64,000 bases of DNA, taken from Eledone cirrhosa (taxonomy: Eukaryota). This document shows positions 13,832 through 28,275 of the stretch, piece after piece. The notes under the pieces were generated by a model, which saw nothing but the letters and a program-made list of their open reading frames with translations, did no database searches and was not told where the DNA came from. The stretch spans positions 2,356,001 to 2,420,000 of the forward strand of contig OZ024762.1 in NCBI GenBank assembly GCA_964016885.1, read 5' to 3'. The first letter of the stretch is position 1. Every line of letters starts with the position of its first letter. Both the position numbers and the translations under genes were made by a program.

Positions 13832-14708
13832 ACTGAGTATATAAACACACACACACACACACACATATAAACATACACACACACTCACATACATATATAT
13901 AAACACAGTCATCATTGTTGTATGTCCATTCTTCCACCCTAGTATGGGTTAGACTGGTTGTCCTGTCGTGGGCAGTGTCAGGTCGGCTGACCTTGTCTTG
14001 CTCATACAGAACTGATTTTGACTTAATTTCTACAGCTGGATGTCCTTCCTAACACCAACCTCATTTACAGTGTGGGCTGGGTGCTCTTTACCGTGGCACC
14101 TACACGACCACTCTACAGTGAGGGCTGGGTGCTTTTTTATGTTATGCTAAAAAGATTAATGGGAAACTACAATGTATATTATTCTACGTACTATACATGC
14201 ACCTTTGATGAGTTGTTGTGCACCTGAGCACTGTACACAATTATTTTCAGCATCATCTCTCTTCCAGGATTGAACCCCAGACCAGATTCTCCACCACATC
14301 TAAAATTTTCCACTAAGACACACACACACATATATATATATGTATACACACACACACATATATATATATGTATACACATCCACACACATATATATATATA
14401 TATATATATGTATACACACCAAAACAACACACATAAACCATTATAAATTTCTGTGGAGTCCTATTTCAGGGAACTAAATATTTCGTCTTTCGTCTTCCAG
14501 ACTGGTTTTTTACTCTACCAGGATCTGTGATTCTCTACAGGCACTTGTACAACGCATAACATAATCTTTAGGCAGGTGCCGGGTCTCTGTATAGTTTCTG
14601 CCTACCAAATTCAGGTTGGCATGGCTTTGTTGCACGGCTCCAGGTTTCATAGGAGACGAGAAGAGAGGTATTTTGGTAAATTCACCCTTTGTCCCACTTT
14701 ACCCCCTT

Positions 14709-14755
<47 letters not shown>

Positions 14756-14840
14756 GTGTGTGTGTATGTATATACGTGTGTGTGTATGTATATATACGTG
14801 TGTGTATGTATATATACGTGTGTGTATATGTGTATATATA

Positions 14841-14895
<55 letters not shown>

Positions 14896-15213
14896 GATTT
14901 CATCTGTCTATACTTAAAGATGACGTGTGTATAGAACGCTGGCACTTACATAATAAATATAATATATATGTGTGTGTGTATATTATATATAATATATATA
15001 CACATTAAATATATATGTATACACATACGCAAATATATATGCAATATATATATATACTCTTTTACTTGTTCCAGCCATATATATATATATGCAATAAAAA
15101 TGTGTGTATATATATATACATACATACTTCACCTAATTGTTAACATTTCTGGGTTTTCCACTCGTGTCTATGCATGTGTCATATACATACACACACACAC
15201 ACACACACACACA

Positions 15214-15262
<49 letters not shown>

Positions 15263-15496
15263 CCGTCGAAACGGCTTGAGCTCTGCCGTCGGGGTCATAC
15301 ATTTTCCTATTACCCACTCTACTACCCTAAGTATTGAGTACTCTGGTACATTATGGTCCATCTGGTTCCTTACCACAATTCCTTTGTTATATATATATAT
15401 ATATATATATGTGCGTGTGTATGCATAATGTATATATATATATATATAATATATGTAATGCGTATGTATATATAGGTATATATATATATATGTATA

Positions 15497-15574
15497 CAGG
15501 GTGGCCCATAAAAATATATACAAACTTCAATAGCATTTTAATCTAAGTGTGTATACATTTTTGGGGGAACCCTG
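15497..15574. mobile_element. 78-bp Tc1/mariner-type MITE
   Basis: TA-cagggtggcccataaaaatatataca...tgtatacatttttgggggaaccctg-TA imperfect TIRs with TA flanks. Confidence 0.65.
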
Positions 15575-15929
15575 TACAATATATATATATATATATAAAA
15601 TATAGAGGTTGTTTCCATATAAATATCTTAATAAGCTAAATTTTGTTGATATATTTTCGAAATAGTAATAATAATTATGATTTCTTATATAGGCACAACG
15701 CCACCAATTATGGGGGAGGGTAAAATCTATTAAATCGACCCCAGTGCGTGTCTGGTACTTTATTTAGTAATAATTATCATTGTTGTTATTGATATTTTCA
15801 GTCACGGAAATTGCTGGAAGTTGTTTGTGAACATAAAATACGAAAATTAATTTTCGGAAAATCAATATAGATCGCCATCAATAATCTCTCTCTCTCTCTC
15901 TCTCTCTCAAGATATATATATATATATAT

Positions 15930-15967
<38 letters not shown>

Positions 15968-16023
15968 ATACTTTGGGAGGGTCATGTTTTCAGATAAAGA
16001 ATCTTGCTAAACAAATTCAGAAA

Positions 16024-16069
<46 letters not shown>

Positions 16070-16610
16070 ATGTTCAAGACCCCGACGGCAGAGCTCAAGC
16101 CGTTTCAGCGGCTATATATATATACACATACACACAAACACACACACACATGTGTGTGTATATATATATATGCATAATGTATATATATATATATATACAT
16201 ACATACACACACATACATATATTGCATATATATGTGTGTGTGTGCGTATATATATATACATATATATATATAAACATATTTGTGGGTGTGTGCTGTGTAT
16301 GTATGTATATATAGAGAGAGAGAGACGTAATATTTATATATGTGTGTGGTATGTCGTGTGTGTATTGTATGAATATATATATATATATATGTGGGTATTG
16401 TGTGTGCCGAGTACATCCTACTATTTAGTATACGTTTCCTTTTGTATTGTATCAGCTGACTAATCATGGTTGTTGTACTAAGGGACATCCGGCAGCTGCC
16501 CCTTATTAAAATATCCCACCCTGTCACAATGTAAAAGTGGAAGTAAAAACAATGTGTGTATATATATATATGTGTGTATATATATATGTGTGTATATATA
16601 TATATGTGTG

Positions 16611-16651
<41 letters not shown>

Positions 16652-17854
16652 ATATATGTGTGTATATATGTATGTGTGTGTATCACTTATTGACACTTAT
16701 ACGTACGACATACACACACGCGCATACATATGCGCGCACACAGCAACACTCATACATACAAACAAACAATGGCCATACTCGATAACGAGGGGGCAGCCAT
16801 CATGTGTGTGTATATATATGTGTCATCATCATCCTCATCATAATCGTTTAACGCCCATATTCCACGCTTGCGTTGGGTTGGACGGGGGGTTTCCCACTTG
16901 AGGCAAGAGTGGTTGTCTTGCTCGCATAGGACTGTCTGGCGGGTTTTTTACGGCTGGATGCCCTTCCTAACACCAACCACACTTACAGTGTGGGACTGGG
17001 AGGTTTTTACCGTGTTACCTACACGGCCACATTACAGCGTGGACTGTGTTTTTTTTTGTCGTGACACCTTCACGACCTCATTTGTTTCGGCCTGGATGTT
17101 GTGGCACTGACATAACTTTACATTGAAAGGGTGTGTGTGTGTATATATATATGTGTGTGTGTATATATATATGTGTGTGTGTGTGTGTATATATATATTT
17201 ATGCGTGTGTGTATATATATATATATATATATAGATGTGTGTGTGTGTGTATATGTATATATATGTGTGTGTGTGTGTAGATATGTATGTGTGTCATCAT
17301 CATTTTCATCATTTCATTTTACGTCCACTTTTCCCTGCTTGCAGGGGTGGGACGGGAACTGATTCTGGCTTGATTTCTACAGCTGGATGCCCTTCCTAAC
17401 ACCAACCTTATTTACAGTGAGTGCTGGGTGTTTTTTTGCCGTGGCACCTCCACGACCACTTTGCAGTGGAATGATAGGGACCCGAGTCCCTATCATCTCA
17501 TTTCTACAGCTGAGTAAACTGGAGCAATGTGAAATAAAGTGTCTTGCTCAAGGAAACAACACATCACCCGGTCTGAGAATTGAACTCACAACCTTTCGAT
17601 TGCAAGGCCAATGCTCTAACCACTAAGCCATGTACCTCCATATATATAGATATATATTAGTTTCTTATTTAGGCACAAGGCCAGTAATATGGGGGGAAGG
17701 GAAAGTTGATTAAATCAACCCCAGTGCATTACTGGTACTTTATTTTATCGACCCCGTAAAGATGAAAGGCAAAGTTAGCCTCGGCGGGATTTGAACTCAG
17801 AACGTAAAGGGCCGTAATTCAATGTCACAAAGTATGTTCTCTGATGCTCTACTG

Positions 17855-17886
<32 letters not shown>

Positions 17887-20688
17887 GTGTATCATCATCA
17901 TCATTTCATTTTACGTCCGCATTTTCCCAGCTTGCAAGGGTGGGATGGGAACTGATTCTGGCTTGATTTCTACAGCTGGATGCCCTTCCTAACACCAACC
18001 TCATTTACAGTGAGTGCTGGGTGCTTTTTTGCCGTGACACCTCCATGACCACTTTACAGTGGAATGATATGGACCCCAGTCCCTATCATCTCATTTCTAC
18101 AGCTGAGTAAACTGGAGCAATGTGAAATAAAGTGTCTTGCTCAAGGACACAACACATCACCCGGTCTGAGAATTGAACTCACAACCTTTCGATTGCAAGG
18201 CCAATGCACTAACCACTAAGCCATGTGCCTCCAATATATATTATAATAAAATAACAGGAGGCTGGACTTGTGTAAATCCTTGAAAGGTTTATTATACTAT
18301 GATCATTTCAATAAGTAGGTTCCGTATGAATCCGGTGATATCATCAGGTGTTCGAAATATAATAAATGCATGTAAACGTGTGTGTATATATATATATATA
18401 TATGTGTGTGTGTGGGTGTCTGTGATCTATATACACTGGTCATAGATACGCACACACACACACACATATATATATATACACAACACCACCAGCTCTCTCT
18501 CTTCCATTCTCCTCTGTCTCCTCTCCCTCTCTCTATGTCTCTCTTTCCATCTACTCTTTCACAACCACTATCTCTCTCTCTCTCTCTCTCTCTCTGTTTA
18601 TGAAGATACCCAGAAAACCCCATATCTCGGGAACCCGTGCTCTGATTTATGTGAAACTTGTTTTATTCCATTTCAAAGTATTTTCCCAATATGCACCCTT
18701 TTGGCTGTATTACATTACAGACAAGACAACCACAGAGTTTTAATAATAATAATCATTATCATCATCATCATTTAACGTCTATCGTCCACACTAGCATGGG
18801 TTTAGACGGGAATTGTCCCACTTGAGGCAAGATTGGTCGTCTCGCTCGTATAGGACTGTCTGGCAGGTTTTCTACGGCTGGATGCTCTTCCTAACACCAA
18901 CCACGGTTATAATATACATATCAATGTTGCACCATATGTTTATTGACATGTAACACGTGCTACTTGTCAATAAATGATCGGTATTGATCGCGCCTGACTC
19001 TGGAATTGATTCCAGAGTGGGCGTGTTCAATATCATCATATCTTGAGCTGATCAATCATGTAACGCATGTCACAGGTGAATAAACATATGGTGGGATATT
19101 GATACTTTGTTTCTGCTCATTACGTACATATATATATATATAAACTTAGGAAATCAACAAAGGACATGACAACGAAGGAAAACAAGGCAAAAAGCACCCA
19201 GTCCACACTGTAAAGTGGTCGGTCCATTCACAAGGATTTGTGAAACTATAGTAGCATACTTGTCCATAGAACAGGACGGGACCATAGAGAAAGAATTGAC
19301 CCTAGAACATGAGTGAACCCAGGGTCACATGGCTGTGGAGAAAACTACTTCACTACTCATCTATGCCCGTGCTTATTGTTTTGTTATTTTTTTAATATCA
19401 AATTGTTAAAAGATTTTTATTTGAATAGGAACCCATTAAAATGGGTGGTTTGGGGCAGGTTGCTATCAAAAGGGTTGATTAGGAACCCCTTTAAACTGTG
19501 TTGTTTTGTTTCATAGGACCAGAGCTGGTTTTGGCCAGGTTGGTATCATCATCGTCACCATCATTGTCGATTAACGTCCATCTTCCACACTAGCACGGGT
19601 TAGATGGGTCCTATTTTATGGCAAGTTGTGTCGCGTGACCATGTCTCGCCCAAATAGGGGTGTTTCTGGCTGATTTTCTACGGCTGGATGCCCTTCCTAA
19701 CGCCAACCACATTTACAGTGTGGGCTGGGTGCTTTTTGCCGTGTCTTTTACATGTCCACTTTACAGTGTGGGCTAAGGGTTAATTAAGGACTCCTTTAAC
19801 CCTTTAGCATTTACATTACTCTATATATACTATTATATTTTCATGGTAAAGGCTTTACCACGGATAATTATCTCACATAATATCGAATCTATGAGATTTT
19901 GAAAGTATTTATTTTGAGAACAATACCTTAACATCAGTTTGAGCGACTAGTTACAGCCAGTTTCAACAGGTAGATAATTCTGGCTGAGATTAGTTTCAAT
20001 TTCTTTAGTAAACTGAGAAATTTTAGTTTTACATTTGAATAATTTTTCTGAATAACTGTCTCGGGTCACTGATTTCAGCATGTTAGTAACAAAATTTCCC
20101 CCCCAAATCATACTCTACTTATCCACACACATATATATGCCACATACGGCTGGATGCACACACATATATTGGGTCTATATTGGGTAACTCTAACAGAGTA
20201 ATGAGTAAATATAGGGTAATGTAAATGTTATGTGAGGTAAAGCCTTTACTGTGAAAATTCAATAGTATATATAGAGTAATGTAAATGTTATGTGAGATAT
20301 TATGTGAGGTAAAGCCTTTACTGTGAAAATACAATATATATATATAGTAATGTAAATGTTATGTGAGGTAAAGCCTTTACTGTGAAAATACAATAGTATA
20401 TATAGAGTAATGTAAATGTTATGTGAGATATTATGTGAGGTAAAGACTTTACTGTGAAAATACAATAGTATATATAGAGTAATGTAAATGTTAAGTGAGA
20501 TATTATGTGATGTAAAGCTTTTACTGTGAAAATACAATAGTATATATAGAGTAATGTAAATGTTATGTGAGATATTATGTGAGGTAAAGACTTTACTGTG
20601 AAAATACAATAGTATATATAGAGTAATGTAAATGTTATGTGAGATATTATGTGAGGTAAAGCCTTTACTGTGAAAATACAATAGTATA

Positions 20689-21995
20689 CGAAGGGGGATC
20701 AAAAAGTTTGCCGAATTTTATCGTAGTAAGAAAAAAATAGGTTAAAACAATATTAAACATGTCACAACATTGTCATTGAGTGTTTACCTTGCTATCAGTC
20801 ACTTGCAGTTAGTGATGCGCGGACTATTGTACAGTACTGACGCACTTTAAAAAAAACTATTTTTGGAACAATGGAAAATAGTTATTTTGAGATGAGATCG
20901 AATATCAAGTTTCTGGTGAAATTCAAATGGAAAGGGACACAGATTATGGAGGCTTTAGTTAAAGTTTACGGTACTACTGCTCCAAAGAAAACTGCTGTCT
21001 ACAAGTGGATTCATCGATTCAAACAAGGGAGAGACGACCTTGAAGACAACCATCGCAGTGGAAGACTAGGAACATCAAAAAATGACCAAACGTTGAGGCT
21101 GCTCAGACTTTAATTGAAGAAGATCGAAGAATAACAGTTAATCAGTTAGCTAAGTCCCTAGACATTTCATATGGTTCGGCAAATTCAATTCTGCACGATA
21201 ATTTGGGACTAAGCAAGCTTTCAGTGCGATGGGTCCCAAAAGCGTTGCGCCCTGATCAGCTGATTCTTCAAAGTGATCTGTCTTTGGCGATATTAAACAA
21301 AATTGAAGTTGATGAAGAGCATTTCCTGACCAGAATCATCACCGGAGATGAAACCTGGATCTACCAGTATGATCCTGAATCCAAACAGCAGTCAAAACAG
21401 TGGCTTCCACGTGGATCATCGGGGCCAATCAAGTTCAAATCTCAAAAGTCGGATAAAAAAGTGATGGCCACTATTTTCTGGGATTCAGATGGGGTGATAC
21501 TAATAGATTATCTTGAAGGTCAAAGAACTGTGACAAGAGCTTACTATGCAAATGTTTTAAGGAAACTGAAAGCGGCATTAGTCAAGAAACGAAAAGGGAA
21601 ACTTCATGGTGGGATCTTGTTTGAACATGACAATGCACCAGCGCATTCTGCGTGGGTTGGAAGTTCTTCGAGAATTTCGATGGGAAGTGCTTCCTCACCC
21701 GCCTTATAGTCCAGATTTAGCTCCATCAGACTTTTTCCTCTTTCCAAAACTCAAAGAAATGCTAAAAGGAACCCGTTTAAGTGGTGTTGAAGAAGCTAAA
21801 AACACTGCCAACACATGGCTTCGAACAAGGCCTTCAACTTTCTTTAGAGACGGCTGACGGAGTTGGAAGCATCGCTTTGTGAAGTGTATTGACCTGGATG
21901 GCAACTATGTAGAAAAATAAATTGAAGGTAAATCATATTTTTTGAAAAATAGAATATTTTCTGAAAAATTCCGCGAACTTTTTGATCCCCCCTCG
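20689..21995 (+). mobile_element. Full-length decayed mariner (DD34D) transposon, irritans/Hsmar2-like
   Basis: About 30-bp TIRs (cgaagggggatcaaaaagtt / aactttttgatcccccctcg); TA duplication confirmed by one extra TA relative to the intact 69-bp host unit; transposase 20871-21920 with WVPK, TGDETW, HDNA, PPYSPDLAPSDF; two frameshifts and one stop. Confidence 0.95.
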
Positions 21996-23275
21996 TATAT
22001 AGAGTAATGTAAATGATAAAGGGTTAAAATAGGTACACAGTATCCCTGCATATCATAAGGCAAGACATGTGGCACCAGGAAGTAGTGTTCCTAACCACTA
22101 CCACCATCACCACCACCAGCACTACACCACCACACCACCACCACCATCACCATAGTGATTGTGATATATTTATTCTGAGTAAACTGATAAAATAACTCAC
22201 TGACTAATCTGTAAAACCCAACATTCAACCCTGTTATACATATATATATATACATATATATATATCGTGCAGGCAACATGGTAAAAACCTCCCAGCTCCA
22301 CACTGTAAATGTGGTTGGTGTTAGGAAGGGCATCCAGCTGTAGAAAACCCACCAGACAGTCCACGCTGTAATGTGGCCGTGTAGGCAACACGGTAAAAAC
22401 CTCCCAGCCCAAAACTGTAAATGTGGTTGGTGTTAGGAAGGGCATCCAGCTGTAGAAAACCCGCCAGACAGTCCTATGCGAGCAAGATAATCACTCTTGC
22501 CTCAAGTGGGAAAACCCCCGTCCAAACCCATGCAAGCGTGGAACATGGACGTTAAACATTGATGATGATGATGATATATATACATATATATATATATACA
22601 CACATATTTCACTAAATTCTGTGGATGAATTTGTATCCTGATTCTCTTTTGAGATGAGTTTGAATTATTTTTCCTACATCTTACATTAACTATTTTTCCC
22701 ATCTTGACGACATAGTCGCATATAATAGAATACTGTTAGCTTATCGCTAAAACAATTTCTATACTTTTCAGTTATACATATATATATATATGTATATACA
22801 TATGTATATACATATATATATGTATATACATATATATATATATGTATATAAATATGTAGAAGTTCTATTTAAATTGTTGGGATACAACAAGCAAATATTT
22901 TTATAACTGATATAAAGCACTCAACAAATTATTGGAGTAAAATACAATATATTAACAAATGGAAACTATATTTATAAAACCATATTTATTTCATTATACA
23001 TATTTCAAGGACACCAAAATACTATCTGGGAGCTTCCAACCGACATGGTCGCATTCTTTTAAGGGTATGTCAATATTTGTTTATAAAACTGGTCTATATT
23101 ATATTTTATCTGATGAAAGCGCACCATAATTTGCTTTGGTGTCCTTGAAATATGTATAATGAAATAAATATGGTTTTATAAATATAGTTTCCATTTGTTA
23201 ATATATTATATATATATAACAGCATTGAATGTTGGGTTTTGCCTGTCCCCTCAATCTATTTTATTTCTCATTCTT

Positions 23276-23311
23276 TCTTCTGATGAAGGATTAGCGTCCA
23301 AAACGTCAAGA
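23276..23311 (+). ncRNA. Degenerate minimal hammerhead ribozyme
   Basis: UCUU-CUGAUGA-A-GGA-UUAGCG-UCC-(A)AAA-C-GUC/AAGA with G12 to A; a related copy near 41545-41580 retains UCC-GAAAC. Confidence 0.55.
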
Positions 23312-23403
23312 CCCTCTTCTTGCTATATCAAGCGTTAACCTAATATATACCTTCCATATACTGTACTGATTGTGTCGTTATTTCTGTTTACCTTTTACAT
23401 ATA

Positions 23404-23450
<47 letters not shown>

Positions 23451-23823
23451 GTATATCATCATCATCATCGTTTAACGTCAATCTTCCACGCTTGCATGGG
23501 TTTGGATGGGAATTGTCCCACTTGAGGCAAGATTGGTCGACTCGCTCATATAGGACTGTCTGGCAGGTTTTCTACGGCTGGATGCCCTTCCTAACACCAA
23601 CCACATTTACAGTGTGGACTGGGAGGTTTTTACCGTGTTACCTACACGACCACATTACAGCGTGGACTGTGTGTTTTTTTGTCGTGACACCTTCACGACC
23701 TCATTTATTTAGGACCGGATTTTGTGGTACCAACATAACTTTTTCCCATTTTGACGCTATAGTCACTTATATACTATGGAATACTGTTGGCTTTTTGCTA
23801 CAATGTTTTCTATACCTTTCATT

Positions 23824-23889
<66 letters not shown>

Positions 23890-24466
23890 TATATATATAA
23901 TATATATAATATATATATATATATATATAATATATATCGCCCCCCTCCCATTCTCAACCGTGAAACTAAAAACCATACCATTTGTACTGCCTCTCTGTTT
24001 TTTGTTCTCTGTCCATTTATTCAACTATATATATATATATATTGTTATATGAGAGAGAGTTAGAGAACAATTTACATGTCATACAGAACGATAATTTCAT
24101 GCTTGTATGATGGTAGAAATTTTCTTATATACCTTATTTACCTGTTGGACACCTACACTACACATTCCTATACTACACACACCTATAGTACACCTGCACC
24201 TGTGAAGGACTCACTTTTCTAACTTTGTAACTTATCAAATTCTTCCAAGCCTATAATGGAAATTCTACTCATTTCCTTTCTAATTGAATCATTGCGTCCT
24301 TATCATTTTCATTTTAAGGTAATGTTTAGATTCAATCGTTTCGTTATTTTGATTTGATTTCATCTAAATACTTCGTCTAAACATTTCATCTTTCTCATTT
24401 TAAGGTAAAGTTCACGTCCGTTTCTGCAGGGTTTTTTTTCTCTTCAATTTTTCATTTCATCTATGC

Positions 24467-24509
<43 letters not shown>

Positions 24510-25448
24510 AAAATGTTTAACCTCGACGGCAGAGCTCAGGCTGTTTCGACGGCTATTTCTGGACTACTGTAGTCCAATAGCCGTCGAAACAGCTTGAGCT
24601 CTGCCGTAGGGGTTAAACATTTTCCTATTACCCACTCTACTACCCTAAGTATTGAGTACTCTGGTGTGTTATGGTCCCGACGGCTGGCAAATACAATATA
24701 CCGTATTTGCCGGCCTATTGGGTGTCCCTTCACATAAGACACTCCCTCTTTCTTTTATTATATTTTACATATTTTGATGTTTATAGGTATTTTTGTGAAC
24801 CACGTTTAATATTCGTGGTTTTTCACTCTTCGTGAGTGTTCTAGGAACGTAACCCCTGCTAATACCAGGGGACAACTATATATATATATATATATAAGAG
24901 AGTATTAAAGTTTAAGAAAAGAATCGCTGCTTTCACCCTTAATGGGTGACTAAAAAAAAATGCAGAAGTAAATATTTCGAAAAACATTGCAACCGAAGGA
25001 AGACGATACTTTGGTTTGTGGAGACGTTCCCTGGCAATGAACGGAAAAAAAACGAAGATAGTACGTCGTTATGTGGAGCGATGAGAACAAAATACACGCA
25101 AAGACAAAACCACGTTATTGGTATAAATGGAGTCGTAGACTAATATTCTATTTAGGAAACCGAATGATTCTCGGCTTCGGAGTTAAGAATAATGTAAATA
25201 AATTTTTTTTTAACGAAAATATTTGCTCTATTGTTCTTATATATTTGATATATATTTATCCTTATCGAGCCCTCTTTGGATTTTAGTCTTCACATTTATT
25301 ATATATATATATATATGTATGCATTCATTTGTCTTCATCTTTTTCTTCTGTCTCTCCAGTTACGGCCAACATCGGCGTCACGGAACAGCGACTTCTCTGA
25401 GCCCCTCTATCCACTGTCTTAAGTGAGGATGTTTGCTAGCTGTCAGCT

Positions 25449-25730
25449 ATGTCCCTCAAACAACTGTGTACAAACTACAGCAAGTACTTGAAGAATCCCG
25501 ATCTACCTGCTGCTTCCTTACACCGCGAGCTTGTCAACGTTGCCCAGACGATGCTCGTTGAAAACGGACCTGCCAAGTATTTAGATGACACCATTAAGGA
25601 TATCCTCATCACCAATGTCAAGTCTGACAAATTTGATGCAGAGAAGGTGCTGCTAGCCTTCAGTTACCTTGAACTCTATGCCAGTCTGTTGTATCGGTAC
25701 CCTTGGAAGTTGGAATATTGGACAATTAAG
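25449..25730 (+). CDS. SPATA2: SPATA2/Tamozhennic-like PUB-domain protein, coding exon 1
   Basis: ATG at 25449; 94 codons ending LELYASLLYRYPWKLEYWTIK, which resembles the SPATA2-family PUB motif (LLxxPWxxExxxIK); phase-0 donor AAG|GTAAGT at 25730/25731. An acceptor (ttttcttctgtctctccag, AG ends 25359) implies an unlocated upstream 5'UTR exon. Confidence 0.85.
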
Positions 25731-26298
25731 GTAAGTGGCATTGCCACAGAAACATATTTATCTACATAACTACCTGTTTGTCTACTTACCTGTCTACCTA
25801 CCTACCTGTCTATATACCTGTCTACCTACCTACCTGTCTACCTACCTGTCTGTCTACCTACCTGTCTATCTACCTACCTGTCTATCTACCTACCTGTCTA
25901 CCTACCTACCTGTCTACCTACCTGTCTGTCTACCTACCTGTCTGTCTACCTACCTGTCTATCTACCTACCTGTCTATCTACCTACCTGTCTACCTACCTG
26001 TCTGTCTACCTACCTGTCTATCTACCTACCTGTCTACCTACCTACCTGTCTATCTACCTGTCTATCTACCTACCTGTCTATCTATCTATCTGTCTACCTG
26101 TCTACCTACCTGTCTATCTACCTACCTGTCTATCTACCTGTCTACCTATCTATCTGTCTACCTGTCTACCTACCTGTCTATCTACCTATCTACCTGTCTA
26201 CCTACCTGTCTATCTATCTGTCTACCTGTCTACCTATCTCTCTGTCCATCTATCTATCCATTTGTCTATCTACCTATCTATCTACCTACCTGTCTACA

Positions 26299-27010
26299 TC
26301 CTACCAGTTCGAGAAAAGCTCTACAGACATGGGCGCCCGGGTAGGGACCCCGCCAAAAAGATCTGTCCCAGATGCGTGTGCGACGAGGAAACCGTTGCAC
26401 ACGCATTGGTACACTGCTCGGCCGTAGCCGATCTGTGGGGCTATGTCGAACAACTGCTGTCAAGGGTGGGATCAATCCGGTTGACCACCGAGTCTATTGT
26501 AACGATCAAGCTGCCTCCCCCCCCCCTCTTCAAAAACGAAGAAGAGGCGGTGTTTCTGTGCGTAATAGCCATGGCGAAAGAGGTTGTATGGTGGACGCAT
26601 CTGAAAGGACTGAGGTCAGACACCTTTCTCTCTGGCCAACAACTGGTCCGTTTCTTCCGATATCATTTCGGAAGAAGGATCAGGATGGAGAGAGAGATGC
26701 TGCACCCCACCCTTTTTTATGAAAGGTGGGTGAAAGTGGCGAGAATGGCCCGTGTGAATGGGCCTTCCCTTTACATCAGCCTGTAGGTGGAAAAGAGGAA
26801 TGAATGAGGGAGCACCCTCTCTTTGTGCTCCTGAGGAGAAGGGGTTACACACTTTTTTCGGGGGTGTGTGCGACCCCCCAAACGCTCCCTCCCTATTGAG
26901 GACTTTATTGTTAATTTTATATTTATTTGTTTTCTTTACTCGCCTTTTTGTGTAAACTCCCCCCTTGTATTTGTCCCCTTCTTTTGCGCCCTAGTGGCAA
27001 TAAATAGAAA
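26299..27010 (+). mobile_element. 5'-truncated L1/Tx1-clade LINE 3' end inside a (CTAC/CTAT/CTGT)n microsatellite
   Basis: LPVREKLYRHG..CPRCVCDEETVAHALVHC (zf-RVT-type motif), stop at 26786, 3'UTR ending GCAATAAA; a second 3' tail at about 27270-27380. Confidence 0.8.
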
Positions 27011-27513
27011 TCTATCTATCTATCTACCTACCTGTCTATCTACCTACCTGTCTATCTACCTACCTACCTGTCTACCTACCTACCTGTCTACCTACCTGTC
27101 TATCTATCTACCTACCTGTCTACCTGTCTGTCTACCTGTCTATCTACCTGTCTACCTACCTGTCTATCTACCTGTCTACCTACCTACCTACCTGTCTATC
27201 TACCTGTCTACCTATCTATCTACCTGTCTACCTATCTATCTACCTGTCTACCTATCTATCTATCTGTCTTATTTTATTTTTATATTTTGTTATTGCCTCC
27301 TTATTGAGGACGCCTTTTTGTGTAAACTCCCCCCTTTGTACTTGTCCCACTTTTGATGCCCTGGTGGCAAATAAAAGAAACATATCTATCTGTCTACCTA
27401 CCTACCTATCTATCTACCTGTCTACCTATCTATCTACCTGTCTACCTATCTAGTAGCTTGGATACAAAAAAGTTGATAAACTTGTATTTTAGTTGAGTTT
27501 ATACTTGCCAAAA

Positions 27514-27569
<56 letters not shown>

Positions 27570-27621
27570 ACTGACACACACACACACACACACTGAGACT
27601 GACACACACACACTGAGACTG

Positions 27622-27652
<31 letters not shown>

Positions 27653-28239
27653 TACACACACACACTGAGACTGACACACACACACACACACTGAGTCACA
27701 CAAACATTCACTGAGACACATGCACACACATGTATGCTGAGTCACACACATGTACACTGAATCACACACACACATACACTGAGTCACACACACACCTAAT
27801 TAACATCTGTACTGCGAGAAAAATATATTAGTTTTGCATGTGGTGTGTCTGTTGGTGTATTTATGTGTGAGTATGTTGGTGTATTTATGTGTGAGTGTGT
27901 GTCTGTTGGTATATGTATGTGTGTGTATGTGTATGTTGGTGTGTGTGTGTATATGAATCGATAGTCAACAAGATCCCAGACCTCAATCACTTAACGAGTG
28001 TTATGGAGCTCATCAAATCAGACCGAGGAAACAATGTTTCCATTGGTCTTTCCAGTTGCTAATACTCTCAGTCGCAACTCCAGGTGGAAGGAGCAACGTG
28101 AAATAAAGTGTCTTGCTCAAGGACATAACACATCACCCGGTCCGGGAATCGAACTCACAACCTCACAATTGCTAATCCAATTCTCTAACCACTCAGCCAC
28201 ACACCTTCATATATGTGTGTGTGTGTATATATATACATA

Positions 28240-28275
<36 letters not shown>

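Noticed and set aside
24300-24420. AAG|GTAA donor-like sites as the SPATA2-like 5'UTR exon
   Set aside because: Plausible but not distinguishable from chance without transcript data.
25735-26427. LPVY/LSTY repeat ORFs
   Set aside because: Tetranucleotide microsatellite in the SPATA2-like intron.
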